The notes below the pieces were generated by a model. It searched no databases and was not told the DNA's origin. It was given only the letters and a program-made list of their open reading frames with translations. The position numbers were made by a program, and so were the translations under genes. Shown here in pieces: positions 42,570 through 51,856 of a stretch of 64,000 nucleotides of DNA (its first letter is position 1; each line of letters starts with the position of its first letter). The stretch is from contig CAZERA010000005.1 of the NCBI GenBank assembly GCA_964514565.1, positions 1 through 64,000 on the forward strand. The letters are read 5' to 3'. The stretch comes from an uncultured Candidatus Peribacteria bacterium (GTDB lineage: Bacteria; Patescibacteriota; Gracilibacteria; RBG-16-42-10).

Positions 42570-45011
42570 ATGTCCCTCAATTCCTCCATGTGGATTATTA
42601 TTGTCGCTTGTTGCGTCATTTGGTTCGGCACCAAAATGTGGCTTGCCATGCGGAGAAACGCGAAGAACAAAGAGCGCGCAGCCAAGCTCGAGTACTATTT
42701 GGTGACCATTCCAAAAGCTGATCCAAACAACAAACCAGGCGATCACAAAGAGGTAATTGCGATCATGGAACAAGTGCTCACTGCAGTACACAAAACCCAA
42801 AAAGGTGGCTTTTTCAAGATGTTTAATGACGAGAATTACTTTGGTTTTGAATTGTCTGCCAAAAACTTCAGTGACAATCCTGATGGTTGTCAGATTGATT
42901 TCTTTATCATCGCCTTACCAGAATATTTAGGTCTGATTCAGAAACAAATCACTGCTTTTTATCCTGATGCCAATCTCGAAAAAGTAGCCCGCAAAGATCA
43001 AAGCATTTTTTGGGAGGGTAGCAGTAAGTACGGACAGACTATGACCCTCAGTAAAAAATACATCTATCCACTACGCACCTTCAAAAATCTCAGCGCTGAT
43101 CCGATGAATAGTTTGATCAATCCACTAGGCCAGCTAGAGCTCAATGAAGGTACAGCCATGCAGATTCTATTGATGCCTGCTGATAAAAAATGGACCAACA
43201 AAAGCTTAAAATCAGTAGGACGGATCAGAGATGGCAAGAAAATCGATGGTAACAAAATCTTTGCCGCTATCGGAGACTTTTTTCAACTCTTTTTCAAAGG
43301 TGACAAAGACAAAGATAAGCATGTCCCTACTGACGTAGAGCAAGAGCAAATGAAAATGATCAATGAAAAAGCTCGCAAAGTAGGCTTCAAAACTATTATC
43401 CGGGTAGTCGGAGCAGCCAGTACTGACGAAAAAGCAGAAAGTGCAGTCAATGCTGTCATCTCTTCTTTTGGTCAATACTCTGATCCTGCGCTCAATGAAA
43501 TCGAAACTTTTGATAAAATTAATTCAGCCAACACACTCAAGCAATATCGTAATATGACCATGGGTAAAACTGAAAAACTACCCATTCTCAATACCGAAGA
43601 GGTAGCTAGTATTTTTCATTTCCCCAATAGTCATATCAATACGACTCCATCGATTCACTGGCAAAACTTCCGCGTAGCAGCAGCACCTGCTGTACTACCA
43701 AAAGATGGAGTACTGCTTGGTTACAATGTCTACCGTGGCAATGTACGTGAAGTAAAAATGAACTTCGAAGATCGTTTCCGCCATTTCTATATCATCGGTC
43801 AAACTGGTATGGGTAAATCTGTACTGCAAAAAGCCTTGGTCAAACAAGATATGAAAGCTGGGCATGGTCTCTGTGTAGTAGATCCGCATGGTGAGTTGGT
43901 AGATGACTGTATGGAGTGGATTCCACCTGAGCGTCTCCAAGACGTGATCGTGTTTGATCCATCTGATACCAAACATCCACTCGGTATCAATATGCTTGAG
44001 GCCAAAACACCTGAAGAAAAAGATTTCATCGCGCTTGATGCCATGAATATGATGATCGGTCTCTTCGGTCCAGAAATATTTGGTCCTCGTATTCAAGATT
44101 ACTTCCGAAATGGCTGTCTTACTTTGATGGATGATGAAGAAGAAGGTGGAGCACTGACAGATATCGTGCGTCTATTTACTGATGAAAAGTGGCAACAATA
44201 CAAAGTAAGCAAAGTCAAAAACCCAATTGTAAAATCATTCTGGACTAAACAAATGGCCGCTACAGGTGCCCGTGAAAAAGAAGAAATGATTCCTTTCTTG
44301 GCTGCCAAATTCGGTGCCTTCGTCACCAATACCACGATGCGTAATATCGTGGGTCAAACCAAATCAAGCTTCGACTTTAGTGAAGCAATGAATAGCAAAA
44401 AGATTATCTTTGTAAAACTAGCCAAAGGTCTCATTGGTGATATCAATGCCAATTTGCTGGGTATGATCTTCGTCAACAAAATTCAAGTAGCAGCCATGCG
44501 CCGTGCCAGTATCCCCAAGAGCGAACGCCAACCATTCTTCTTGTATGTCGATGAGTTTCAAAACTTCGTCACTGATGCTTTTGAAAGTATTTTGTCTGAA
44601 GCTCGTAAATACCGCTTAGGCTTAATCGTCGCCCATCAGTACATCGCCCAGCTCGTGAAAGACAACAATGAAAAAGTAAAAAACGCCGTGTTTGGTAACG
44701 TCGGCACCATGCTCAACTTCAAAATCGGTGCCCAAGATGCTGAGTATATGGAAAAAGAAATGGGACCAGTCTTTGCAAGCAACGACTTGATCAACCTTCG
44801 TGGTTTCAATGCCTGTATCAAAATGTCAGTAAATAACATCATTACTCCCCCATTTAGTCTCAATACCATCAAAGACTTTGATAAAGGTGAAAAAGAAATT
44901 ACCAAGCTCGCTACCGAGATGTCTCGCCTCAAATATGCTCGCAATGTCAAATACGTGGGTCCAGAAATTCTAGCCCGTCTAGGAGATATCAACATCAATA
45001 ATATTGCTTAG
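42570..45011 (+). CDS. VirD4/TraD-like (DUF87/HerA-FtsK superfamily) membrane ATPase
   Basis: N-terminal TM; RFRHFYIIGQTGMGKS Walker A, VVDPHGELV, LYVDEFQNF Walker B, SEARKYRLGLIVAHQYIAQL, AVFGNVGT. Confidence 0.9.
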   Translation: MSLNSSMWIIIVACCVIWFGTKMWLAMRRNAKNKERAAKLEYYLVTIPKADPNNKPGDHKEVIAIMEQVLTAVHKTQKGGFFKMFNDENYFGFELSAKNFSDNPDGCQIDFFIIALPEYLGLIQKQITAFYPDANLEKVARKDQSIFWEGSSKYGQTMTLSKKYIYPLRTFKNLSADPMNSLINPLGQLELNEGTAMQILLMPADKKWTNKSLKSVGRIRDGKKIDGNKIFAAIGDFFQLFFKGDKDKDKHVPTDVEQEQMKMINEKARKVGFKTIIRVVGAASTDEKAESAVNAVISSFGQYSDPALNEIETFDKINSANTLKQYRNMTMGKTEKLPILNTEEVASIFHFPNSHINTTPSIHWQNFRVAAAPAVLPKDGVLLGYNVYRGNVREVKMNFEDRFRHFYIIGQTGMGKSVLQKALVKQDMKAGHGLCVVDPHGELVDDCMEWIPPERLQDVIVFDPSDTKHPLGINMLEAKTPEEKDFIALDAMNMMIGLFGPEIFGPRIQDYFRNGCLTLMDDEEEGGALTDIVRLFTDEKWQQYKVSKVKNPIVKSFWTKQMAATGAREKEEMIPFLAAKFGAFVTNTTMRNIVGQTKSSFDFSEAMNSKKIIFVKLAKGLIGDINANLLGMIFVNKIQVAAMRRASIPKSERQPFFLYVDEFQNFVTDAFESILSEARKYRLGLIVAHQYIAQLVKDNNEKVKNAVFGNVGTMLNFKIGAQDAEYMEKEMGPVFASNDLINLRGFNACIKMSVNNIITPPFSLNTIKDFDKGEKEITKLATEMSRLKYARNVKYVGPEILARLGDININNIA

Positions 45012-45016
45012 CCTAT

Positions 45017-45763
45017 ATGGAAGAATTACAAACCACACAACCCGAACAACCATTAGTACTCAAAGACGATGCTTTTGCTACTAGAAAACAGCTAGCAACC
45101 ATGTTTGAAAGTTTCTTGGTAGCCCGTATGCAACAAGGCCAAGTAGAGCCTGATGCCGCCAAAGGTATTGCTCAGCAATTTGTAGAGATATTCCAAAACG
45201 CTACTTCGGTCGAAAGCCAAAGAGAGGCAATTACCCTCTTAGAAAAAGATCAAAACCCAGTACTGCACAATTTTGCTTTGCGAATTCAAGAAATGAATGA
45301 AGTACAGCTAAGACATAATCTCTACGACTTCATGCTTAGTATTGCCAAGAAAGGCGAACTAGCAAGCGCTAGAAGTCTCTATAAACTATTCGACACTGGT
45401 GAAATACATGACACTGTCAGTCTTCAAAACATCATCAAAGCGAGACAAAACAGTATGGGCATCAAGGATGCAGCAGTGGCCCTCAAAGTAGCCCTAGAAC
45501 AAAACAAACAAGCTGGTGCTGCAGCACAATTAGATCAATTAATTCAATTAGGTAGTATCCAATCCCAAACTGACTTAGATCAATGGCAAGCCCTCATACC
45601 AGGCTATGTAGTACAGTTACCAGCACCTGATGCTAAATCTATTGTGTTTGCCAAACCTCAAGCTCATACTCAAGCTCAGAAAATGGGACAGCTCCAAAGA
45701 GCATGGGAGGGTGTTCATAGATTGGACAAACAATTACGCCATTTAGTTGGACTCGATAATTAA
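45017..45763 (+). CDS. hypothetical helical protein
   Basis: 248-aa ORF 5 nt after the ATPase gene; weak internal repeat (LFDTGEIHD / LIQLGSIQS). Confidence 0.75.
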   Translation: MEELQTTQPEQPLVLKDDAFATRKQLATMFESFLVARMQQGQVEPDAAKGIAQQFVEIFQNATSVESQREAITLLEKDQNPVLHNFALRIQEMNEVQLRHNLYDFMLSIAKKGELASARSLYKLFDTGEIHDTVSLQNIIKARQNSMGIKDAAVALKVALEQNKQAGAAAQLDQLIQLGSIQSQTDLDQWQALIPGYVVQLPAPDAKSIVFAKPQAHTQAQKMGQLQRAWEGVHRLDKQLRHLVGLDN

Positions 45764-45769
45764 ACCTAT

Positions 45770-48256
45770 ATGCATAAGCATCGTTTATTCTCACTGATCG
45801 CTACATTTATTTTGATTATTTCTAGTGTGATAATAGAACCTCGTGCTATTCAAGCAGCAGCCATTACTTTCTTGGATGTACCTGTAACAAATCCAGCTTA
45901 TGCTCCCATTAGTCAACTAGTAGCAGCAGGCGTCATTAGTAGTAATCCTTATTTTTTTCCCAGTCGTCCACTAAGTAGAGCTGAGCTAAGCAAGATGCTT
46001 ATTGGTGCGGGACGCTACCAATCTGTTTTTACTGGGTATACCAATCCCACATCTACTTATTGTGATGTACCAAGTAATCATTGGGCTGCCAGTTATATCA
46101 CCACACTGACTACCTACCAAATAATTAATGGCAGCAGTACAAACCAATGCTCTCTTTCAAAAAACTTTTATCCTGAACTGTCTATCACCCGAGCTGACGC
46201 TAGCAAGATGATTTTGAAAATGTACTCATTATCATTCAATGATGATCCATTCTCAAACTTCAGCACGGCAATTCAACTAGGACTAGTAGAAGCTACTGGT
46301 AATCCATATCAATTACTAACCAGAGCTGAGGCAAGCCAAATTATCATTCGGGCTATGACTTACTATAGTGAGCATTATTACGAAATAGTAGCTGCTCGCA
46401 ATCAAGTCAATCAAACCACTAGTAACACTACCTATTCTAGCAGATCGAGCAGTAGAAGCAGCCGCTCAAGTAACGATTTTGTACCACCAACCAATTCATT
46501 TACCCAAATTGTTTTAAATGGTAATAGTGGTAGTCCTAGTAACGAAATAACGACACCAACGCCCACACCAACAGTATCTGCTAGTCCAAGTAGCTCTCCA
46601 TCAGCAACGCCTTCTCCTTCAGCTACACCAACAATTAGTGCGAGTCCATCCACTTCACCGAGCCCCACTTTTTCGCCTACACCATCACCTTCTAGTTCTC
46701 CTTCGACATCTCCATCTCCTACCAGTAGTCCATCACCCACTCCTTCGAGCTCACCAAGCAGCACGCCATCAGCGACACCTTCGCCCACTGCCACACCATC
46801 AACTACACCATCACCAACGACCTCACCTACTCCATCAGTAGATGATCTCACTTATCAGGTTGGTAGCGTCAGTGTGCAAGATTACTGGATTTCTACTACA
46901 GGCAATGACAGTAACCCAGGCACACAGGCTCAGCCATTTGCCACGTTTACTCATGCTTGGTCATTGGTACCACTCAATACCACACTCACATCAGGATTCC
47001 GCTTCCATGTATTAACAGGTACCTACTCCGCTCCAGATCTCTACATTGAAGATAGATTAGGTTCAGCAACTGCTCCAGTCATTTTCCAAGGTGAAGGATC
47101 AGTTACCATCAATGGCAACTTCAACTCTCGCAATTTGAAATATATTTATTTCCTCAACCTTTCTTATATTAGTCCCAATGACATCATGCATTTTGAGCTT
47201 GGTGATCATATTCTCTTACGCAATATGACTTTGCGATCAAATGGCCGCAGTGCGCATGAAGGTCTCAAAGTAAATCAAACTCATCACATGTATATCGAGG
47301 ACTCTGATATTTCTGGTGCTGATGACAATTCTGTCGACTTTGTGGCTGTTCAATATGGCCATGTCGTGCGATCAAAAATTCATGATAGTGGTGACTGGTG
47401 TATGTATACCAAAGGCGGCTCAGCTTCACTGCGCATCGAAGGTAATGAGTTTTATGATTGTGGCACAGGTGGTTTCACAGCCGGTCAAGGTACGGGTTTC
47501 GAATATATGACCGCTCCTTGGCTTCAATACGAGGCCTATGACATCAGAGTTGTCAATAATATTATTCATGATACAGAAGGGGCGGGACTTGGTGTCAACG
47601 GCGGCTACGATATCCTTATGGCCCACAACACCATGTACCGAGTAGGCTCTCGTGATCACGTCATCGAAGTAGTCTTTGGCGTCCGTTCTTGTGATGGCGA
47701 ATTGGCCAATTGTGCAGCTCGTCATAACCAGGGTGGTTGGGGCCCATCTGTTACTGGATCCGATGTATACATTGGTAATAAGCATGTACGCATTTTGAAC
47801 AATGTGGTCTACAATCCTACCCACTTGGCAGACCAAATCTTTGCCATCTATGCTCCTCGTGCCACACCATCAGGATCAAATGCACCAAATCCAGCCATTA
47901 GTGATACTGATCTAATCATCGCAGGCAATGTTATTTGGAATCCCACCTCTGGTACTCCACTAGGTGTAGGTGACAGTCAAGGTTGTCTAGACAGCAATCC
48001 AACTTGTAATGCTGCTCAACTAACAGCGAATAATGCAATCAACACAGTCCAACCCAATCTCAACAATCCAGCCACAGGCAACTATCAACTCCAAAATCGT
48101 TCAGCGTATAGCAGCCTCGCTGTACCATTACCCACATTCACTTGGTCAGACGTACCAGGCACAGGAGTCCCCACAGATACCACAGTGACCAATCTAGATT
48201 ACCCAAGCTACCGTGATGGATCAGCTGCAAGCAGTCGTTTCCCAGGAGCATACTAA
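45770..48256 (+). CDS. secreted SLH-domain plus beta-helix protein (paralog of 10699..12846)
   Basis: Signal peptide; FLDVP...LSRAE, YCDVP...ITRAD and LTRAE SLH motifs; Ser/Pro/Thr linker; beta-helix sharing DWCMYTKGGSA and DCGTGGFTAGQGTG with 10699. Confidence 0.88.
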   Translation: MHKHRLFSLIATFILIISSVIIEPRAIQAAAITFLDVPVTNPAYAPISQLVAAGVISSNPYFFPSRPLSRAELSKMLIGAGRYQSVFTGYTNPTSTYCDVPSNHWAASYITTLTTYQIINGSSTNQCSLSKNFYPELSITRADASKMILKMYSLSFNDDPFSNFSTAIQLGLVEATGNPYQLLTRAEASQIIIRAMTYYSEHYYEIVAARNQVNQTTSNTTYSSRSSSRSSRSSNDFVPPTNSFTQIVLNGNSGSPSNEITTPTPTPTVSASPSSSPSATPSPSATPTISASPSTSPSPTFSPTPSPSSSPSTSPSPTSSPSPTPSSSPSSTPSATPSPTATPSTTPSPTTSPTPSVDDLTYQVGSVSVQDYWISTTGNDSNPGTQAQPFATFTHAWSLVPLNTTLTSGFRFHVLTGTYSAPDLYIEDRLGSATAPVIFQGEGSVTINGNFNSRNLKYIYFLNLSYISPNDIMHFELGDHILLRNMTLRSNGRSAHEGLKVNQTHHMYIEDSDISGADDNSVDFVAVQYGHVVRSKIHDSGDWCMYTKGGSASLRIEGNEFYDCGTGGFTAGQGTGFEYMTAPWLQYEAYDIRVVNNIIHDTEGAGLGVNGGYDILMAHNTMYRVGSRDHVIEVVFGVRSCDGELANCAARHNQGGWGPSVTGSDVYIGNKHVRILNNVVYNPTHLADQIFAIYAPRATPSGSNAPNPAISDTDLIIAGNVIWNPTSGTPLGVGDSQGCLDSNPTCNAAQLTANNAINTVQPNLNNPATGNYQLQNRSAYSSLAVPLPTFTWSDVPGTGVPTDTTVTNLDYPSYRDGSAASSRFPGAY

Positions 48257-48305
48257 AAGTTAGGTCAGTCCCGCGCATGCGGGACGAGAGCATAGGGCAG
48301 AGGTT
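48257..48305 (-). repeat. intergenic repeat family B with GTCCC-N8-GGGAC hairpin (reverse orientation)
   Basis: Reverse complement AACCTCTGCCCTATGCTCTC-GTCCCGCATGCGCGGGAC-TGACCTAACTT. Confidence 0.75.
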
Positions 48306-48543
48306 GGCTTCTGGGAATAGAGTCGCACTGCTCTTCCTCTCCCTGCGTCATGCCGAACGCTACAGCAGTAGTAGGGGTATTGTTGTCACCTCGACCAGAA
48401 GAGAGGTCCGTCAACAATGCAGCCAATTAGTATTCGATAGCCTACCAATTCAAAACCACCCGACTCTCTGCCTAGTACACGCAGCATTATGAATTTTGAA
48501 TTCTCCATTGTAGAATGAGCTGGTAATTTACCTCCACTTTGCA

Positions 48544-49923
48544 ATGAAACGCCTCCTTTCCTGCTTGGGTATAGTTAGTCTTTTCACCAGCGCAGCGCTA
48601 GTTCATGCTGCTAGTTTTAGTGATGTTCCAAATGATAGCCCGACCCAACGTTACACTGATTACTTACTAGACCAAGAAATTATCAGTAATAATCCTCAAT
48701 TCTTCCCTGCGCGTACTATTACTCGAGCCGAATTAGCAAAAATGGCAACTAATGCCGGAATTAAATTTGATGTATTGGCACAAAGTGGCAGCAATACCCA
48801 ACATTTCTGTGATGTCTCAGCTAATCATTGGGCTTCAAGCTATATTAATATACTTGGTAAAGCCCACATAGTTAGCGGTTCTTCTACCAATACATGTAGC
48901 TTAGGCAAACAATTCCTACCAGATCAACCAATTACTCGTGCTGAGGCAATCAAAATATTACTCAATCTTTTTCAGATCACACCAAGTGGCAGCACCAGCT
49001 TTAGAGATGTAGATAGCAATTTATGGTATAGCAGCTACATCGCCGCAGCTGTCCAAGCCGGCATTGTCAATGGATATAGTGATGGCACATTCAAACCAAA
49101 TAACTTCTTGACTAGAGCAGATATGAGTAAGGTCTTAGTCCTTGCTATCGATCACCATACAGGTGAAAATCACCGCATGGGAGTACTACCAACTAATGAA
49201 CCATTAGCGACCACACAACCCACAGCAACGCCAACACCCACACCAACTAGTCATCCTACAACAACTACAACCACATCTTCCACAATCTCGGCAGGAGCAA
49301 TCAATATATACGCATTGGGAGACAGTCTGACTGCAGGTGACCGCGATGAAACTGATCAACAAGGCTATACCAGCCGATTATTGACACGTATAAACACGCT
49401 CCGTCCAGGTTCACAAATGCATGATATCGGAGTATCAGGTGTCGACATTAGTACTCTTGCAAGCAATCAACTACCTCAAGCCTTAGCTGCACGTCCTCAG
49501 GTGGTGACTTTGCTGATTGGTAGCAATGATATGTGGCAAGATGGTTGGAATGATACTGATACATCTGCAGGTACTATTCAAAACTACCGGGAAAATATGG
49601 ACAGCATTCTTTCTCAGCTCCATAGCGCCGGTATCAAAGTGTATGTTGGACTTGTAGATGACCAATCACAGCGTCCAGTGGCACAAGGTAGTGGCATGGG
49701 ACTCAATGATACCCAACGCTCCCGCATGTCACGGATTGCTACTGCATTCAACCAAATCATTCAAGAAAAAGCAGCCCAATACGGTGCAACTCCAGTCGAT
49801 TTTTATCACACTACTATCTTTACTAGCTCTACCACTTTGTCTGATGATGGAAATCACCCTAGTGCAGCTGGATATGATGCAATGGCGAATGTTTGGTTTT
49901 CTGCGATGCGCTCTGCTCTTTAA
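48544..49923 (+). CDS. secreted SLH-domain plus SGNH/GDSL hydrolase
   Basis: Signal peptide; three SLH repeats (FSDV, FCDV, FRDV...GIVNGYSDGTFKPNNFLTRAD); ALGDSLT, GVSG, LIGSND, DGNHPS. Confidence 0.92.
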   Translation: MKRLLSCLGIVSLFTSAALVHAASFSDVPNDSPTQRYTDYLLDQEIISNNPQFFPARTITRAELAKMATNAGIKFDVLAQSGSNTQHFCDVSANHWASSYINILGKAHIVSGSSTNTCSLGKQFLPDQPITRAEAIKILLNLFQITPSGSTSFRDVDSNLWYSSYIAAAVQAGIVNGYSDGTFKPNNFLTRADMSKVLVLAIDHHTGENHRMGVLPTNEPLATTQPTATPTPTPTSHPTTTTTTSSTISAGAINIYALGDSLTAGDRDETDQQGYTSRLLTRINTLRPGSQMHDIGVSGVDISTLASNQLPQALAARPQVVTLLIGSNDMWQDGWNDTDTSAGTIQNYRENMDSILSQLHSAGIKVYVGLVDDQSQRPVAQGSGMGLNDTQRSRMSRIATAFNQIIQEKAAQYGATPVDFYHTTIFTSSTTLSDDGNHPSAAGYDAMANVWFSAMRSAL

Positions 49924-49934
49924 TTCCTTTTGTT

Positions 49935-50402
49935 ATGGAACAATCCACTATCGAGCCCCCCAAACCAACCTCTTTTCCCCTGCTATCAATCTTCAGCGGA
50001 ATCGGAATCTTTATCCTAGATCAAATCAGTAAGTACTTGGTAGTCACTTACAATATTCCATTTATCTACAATGATGGTGTAGCGTTTAGCCTGCCACTCA
50101 CCAATACCTTTTCGCTGATTGTAAGCCTAATACTGATTATGCTGCTGATCTTGTTTGGTCAACGACTTTATACTGGCAAACACATGACTTGGTTTAGATT
50201 AAGCTTGGGGCTGGTTGTAGGTGGCGCTATTAGCAACCTAATTGATCGCCTTACCAACCCTGGCGTAATTGATTTCATCAAACTGCCCTATTGGCCTACT
50301 TTCAATCTTGCTGATGTGGCAGTGAGCTTTGGGATTGGTATCATGATGGTACTACTCTATCAAGAGCAGAAAAATTCTAGCGATAAAGTACAAAAGCAGT
50401 AA
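49935..50402 (+). CDS. lspA: lipoprotein signal peptidase II
   Basis: LDQISK, YNDGVAFS, GGAISNLIDR, GVIDFI, FNLADVAV. Confidence 0.95.
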   Translation: MEQSTIEPPKPTSFPLLSIFSGIGIFILDQISKYLVVTYNIPFIYNDGVAFSLPLTNTFSLIVSLILIMLLILFGQRLYTGKHMTWFRLSLGLVVGGAISNLIDRLTNPGVIDFIKLPYWPTFNLADVAVSFGIGIMMVLLYQEQKNSSDKVQKQ

Positions 50403-50409
50403 GAATGAC

Positions 50410-50438
50410 TTGATATTGACAAAAAAACTACCTATACT
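50410..50438 (+). promoter_or_regulatory. rpsP promoter
   Basis: TTGATA-N17-TATACT. Confidence 0.6.
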
Positions 50439-50465
50439 CGGATCGACTTCATTAACTATTCTTTT

Positions 50466-50699
50466 GTGTTACGTATTCGTCTGGCCCGTGTCGGTCGCCC
50501 CAATCAACCTCGCTATCGCATTGTGATTTCTGAGCATACTGAACCTGTAAAAAGCAATTACCTAGAAATTATTGGTAACTATGCTCCTACTGAAAAACCT
50601 AAAAAACTAGCTATCGATCTTGATCGCTATGGATACTGGGTTAGTAAAGGAGCTCAACCAACTAAAACTGTAGCTGATTTAGTTAAGCGCGTTTCTTAA
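50466..50699 (+). CDS. rpsP: 30S ribosomal protein S16
   Basis: MLRIRLARVG...YRIV...IIGNY...WVSKGAQPT; GTG start. Confidence 0.97.
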   Translation: MLRIRLARVGRPNQPRYRIVISEHTEPVKSNYLEIIGNYAPTEKPKKLAIDLDRYGYWVSKGAQPTKTVADLVKRVS

Positions 50700-50710
50700 C
50701 AGCTTTTACC

Positions 50711-51013
50711 ATGACAGGTGACGAAAAAGTGTCGGCAGATTTGGCCTTCCTTGAATACATTCTCAAAGCAATTGTTGATTTTCCAGAACAAGTGCAGGTT
50801 GTTCGTAGTATAGACGAACTGGGAGTATTGCTTACTGTAGAGCTAGCCGCTGCTGACATGGGAACTGTTATTGGTAAAAATGGCCAAACAGCCAACGCCT
50901 TGCGTATGTTGCTCCGAGTAATTGGTGCCAAAACAAATGCACATATCAATATGAAGATTGTAGACAAAGCCCGTCCTGGTGTAGAATTAGAGGAAAACTC
51001 ATCTACACTCTAA
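50711..51013 (+). CDS. khpA: KH-domain RNA-binding protein KhpA
   Basis: LEYILKAIVDFPE, DMGTVIGKNGQTANALR; conserved position after rpsP. Confidence 0.92.
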   Translation: MTGDEKVSADLAFLEYILKAIVDFPEQVQVVRSIDELGVLLTVELAAADMGTVIGKNGQTANALRMLLRVIGAKTNAHINMKIVDKARPGVELEENSSTL

Positions 51014-51022
51014 TTTAAATTT

Positions 51023-51418
51023 ATGTGGAATTACCTCGTTCAAGTTGGCAGCACGGCCCAAGCAACAACCAGAGCCGGAGTGGATCTCGCAGTTTCTGAT
51101 GGTGGTTATAGCATCTTGGAACTGATCAACAAAGGTATTGCTTTAGTAATTCTAGCTGCTGGATTCCTTTCCATCGTATTTATGCTTTGGGGTGGTATCC
51201 GTTTTATTATTTCTGGCGGCAAAGAAGACAAGGTAAAAAGTGCCGTACACAGCATTCGTTACGCTTTGATTGGTCTGATAGTAACCATTCTTTCTATCAC
51301 TGTGATCAACCTAATTGGTAGAGTATTCAACCTGCAATTAGTAAATTACTTAAACTTCGATGCAATCATTGAGACAATTAATGGTCTCTTCAGTGCAGGC
51401 AGCAATACACTTCGCTAA
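51023..51418 (+). CDS. VirB2/TrbC-like pilin 1
   Basis: Two hydrophobic helices joined by WGGIRFIISGGKEDKVKSA...YALIGL. Confidence 0.8.
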   Translation: MWNYLVQVGSTAQATTRAGVDLAVSDGGYSILELINKGIALVILAAGFLSIVFMLWGGIRFIISGGKEDKVKSAVHSIRYALIGLIVTILSITVINLIGRVFNLQLVNYLNFDAIIETINGLFSAGSNTLR

Positions 51419-51433
51419 TTGATCTTTACCACT

Positions 51434-51856
51434 ATGTGGCAATATTTACTTGCAATCGGTAGTCCGTCCCCCAGCTCATCATCAAATATCTCTAGAAATA
51501 TTCTTTCTGGCAATGCTCTTTCTAGTATCCCAGGTATCCAACCAATTACTGATGTAGATACTGGCGTATTGATCAATCAAATCATTGCTTACGCTATCAT
51601 TTTGGCTGGTTTCCTCTCAGTAGTATTCATGCTCTGGGGTGGTATCCAATTCATCATTTCTGGTGGCAAAGAAGATAAAGTAAAGACAGCTACAGGTACT
51701 ATCCGCTACGCTATTATCGGTTTGATTATTACTATTTTGGCAGTCAGTGTGATCAACCTAATTGGCAGAGTATTCAATCTAGACCTCGTTAACTACGTAA
51801 ACTTTGACCATATTCTTGAGTTGATCAATAATATTGTTAATTTCCGATTCAACTAA
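51434..51856 (+). CDS. VirB2/TrbC-like pilin 2
   Basis: WGGIQFIISGGKEDKVKTA...YAIIGL; start MWQYLL parallels MWNYLV. Confidence 0.8.
   Translation: MWQYLLAIGSPSPSSSSNISRNILSGNALSSIPGIQPITDVDTGVLINQIIAYAIILAGFLSVVFMLWGGIQFIISGGKEDKVKTATGTIRYAIIGLIITILAVSVINLIGRVFNLDLVNYVNFDHILELINNIVNFRFN

Noticed and set aside
10699..48256. Beta-helix paralogs as a DGR template/variable repeat pair
   Set aside because: Differences are mostly synonymous and not adenine-specific; both are full genes; no reverse transcriptase in the window.
42570..51856. Conjugative element (ICE) based on VirD4-like ATPase and pilins
   Set aside because: No relaxase, integrase or att pair; the genes are interleaved with lspA, rpsP and khpA.
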